Shown: positions 63,031-64,000 of the stretch, piece after piece
How positions within the stretch are numbered: the first letter of the stretch is position 1
How the letters are laid out: each line of letters begins with the position of its first letter
Source: Eledone cirrhosa
Taxonomy: Eukaryota
Direction of reading: 5' to 3'
DNA: 64,000 bases
Assembly (NCBI GenBank): GCA_964016885.1
Contig: OZ024741.1
Location: 237,088,001-237,152,000, forward strand
The notes under the pieces: generated by a model
Databases searched by the model: none
Told to the model about the DNA's origin: nothing
Seen by the model: only the letters and a program-made list of their open reading frames with translations
Translations under genes and position numbers: made by a program

Positions 63031-64000
63031 TATATTTGTATTTGTGAATTTGCATATACTTTTGCTAGCAGGGAAAGCGGAGTTAAACGATAATGATTAT
63101 GTTGATATATGTCTGTGTGTACAAAGAATGTATGTTTGTTATAAGGCAATTCAAGTGTTCAATATAAATGTTATTGAAGGAGAGAGTGTGTAAAGTCTAT
63201 TATTTTATGTAGGCTTATATAAATATGTAATCTAAACAAAAATACACTGACGTATTTATTCTGCTTGAGGGGGGCAAATACTGAACAGTTACTCTCGCCA
63301 TCGAAAATGCAATGAGCTGGTGACTAGCTCGTTGGAACAACCAACAACGTTATCATTCACAAAATGCTCTTGTGTATATACAACAGGAAAAGAAATGGGG
63401 ACACCATCAACTAGAGAAGAGGCACATTGTTGATATGGACCCAATTATAGTAGTACATCTGCGAAAGAAGATAGGTATTCAACAATCACAACGCTGCACC
63501 TACAGCAACATTAGGAGATAATAGTTCGAGTACTCTCTGGTCTTGAATAATGAATAATGCCCCCCACCTGCGCATATTAAATTTCGCTAATCTATCTCTG
63601 TTTATTTTAAGTGGTAACATTCCTGTGACGATTTTCTTTAGACATTAAAAAACATTATACATAACAAATAAATAGGATGGGTTGGGGGTCTCAATATGTA
63701 AACTAAACGACTAATTCCTGTTTAAAAAAAATTATCGATTTTCCAACTCCCACCCCTCGTTATTTTGGAGCAACCGCTGAAACAAGCAAAGGGAGATAAT
63801 AAAGCTATTTTTTCCCATGCATGTCTCTCAAAGATTATCGATATCCTTATGAATCTGTCTTTTTTTAATATATATATTGAACTGTGGCCATGCTAAGGTG
63901 CTGGCTCTAACACCCTCAGTACTCTATTGTTGCTTACTGTATCAACCTAGAAAGAATTAACTTTGATTTAATGCATTAATTACGTGCTCATAATGTGTGT

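Overview
Eukaryotic, AT-rich, repeat-dense animal DNA. It is most likely a coleoid cephalopod (Octopus-like), inferred from the clustered C2H2 zinc-finger genes, abundant tRNA-head SINEs, RTE LINEs and long (TA)n tracts; this was not verified by a search. Four host C2H2 zinc-finger ORFs, each apparently on one coding exon, are present: 4810-6720 (+, 16 fingers), 25813-26331 (-), 43963-44658 (+) and 57428-58591 (+). They lie among decayed mobile elements: a near full-length BovB-type RTE LINE with three C-terminal C2H2-like fingers and its bipartite non-autonomous derivative, a second RTE family with a PHD-type finger after the RT core, a hAT transposon with a perfect 8-bp TSD, piggyBac-like and Tc1/mariner-like MITEs, non-autonomous Helitrons, and modular SINEs, some in tandem arrays. 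The most notable unexplained structures are (i) two unrelated long inverted repeats whose arms carry minimal type-I hammerhead ribozyme cores (Penelope-like), one with perfect 99-bp arms, and (ii) a recurrent candidate H-type pseudoknot module in the RTE/SINE tails. No rRNA, bona fide tRNA or CRISPR was found. Most short ORFs in the track are microsatellite artefacts. All alignments were done by eye, so boundaries of degraded elements are approximate.
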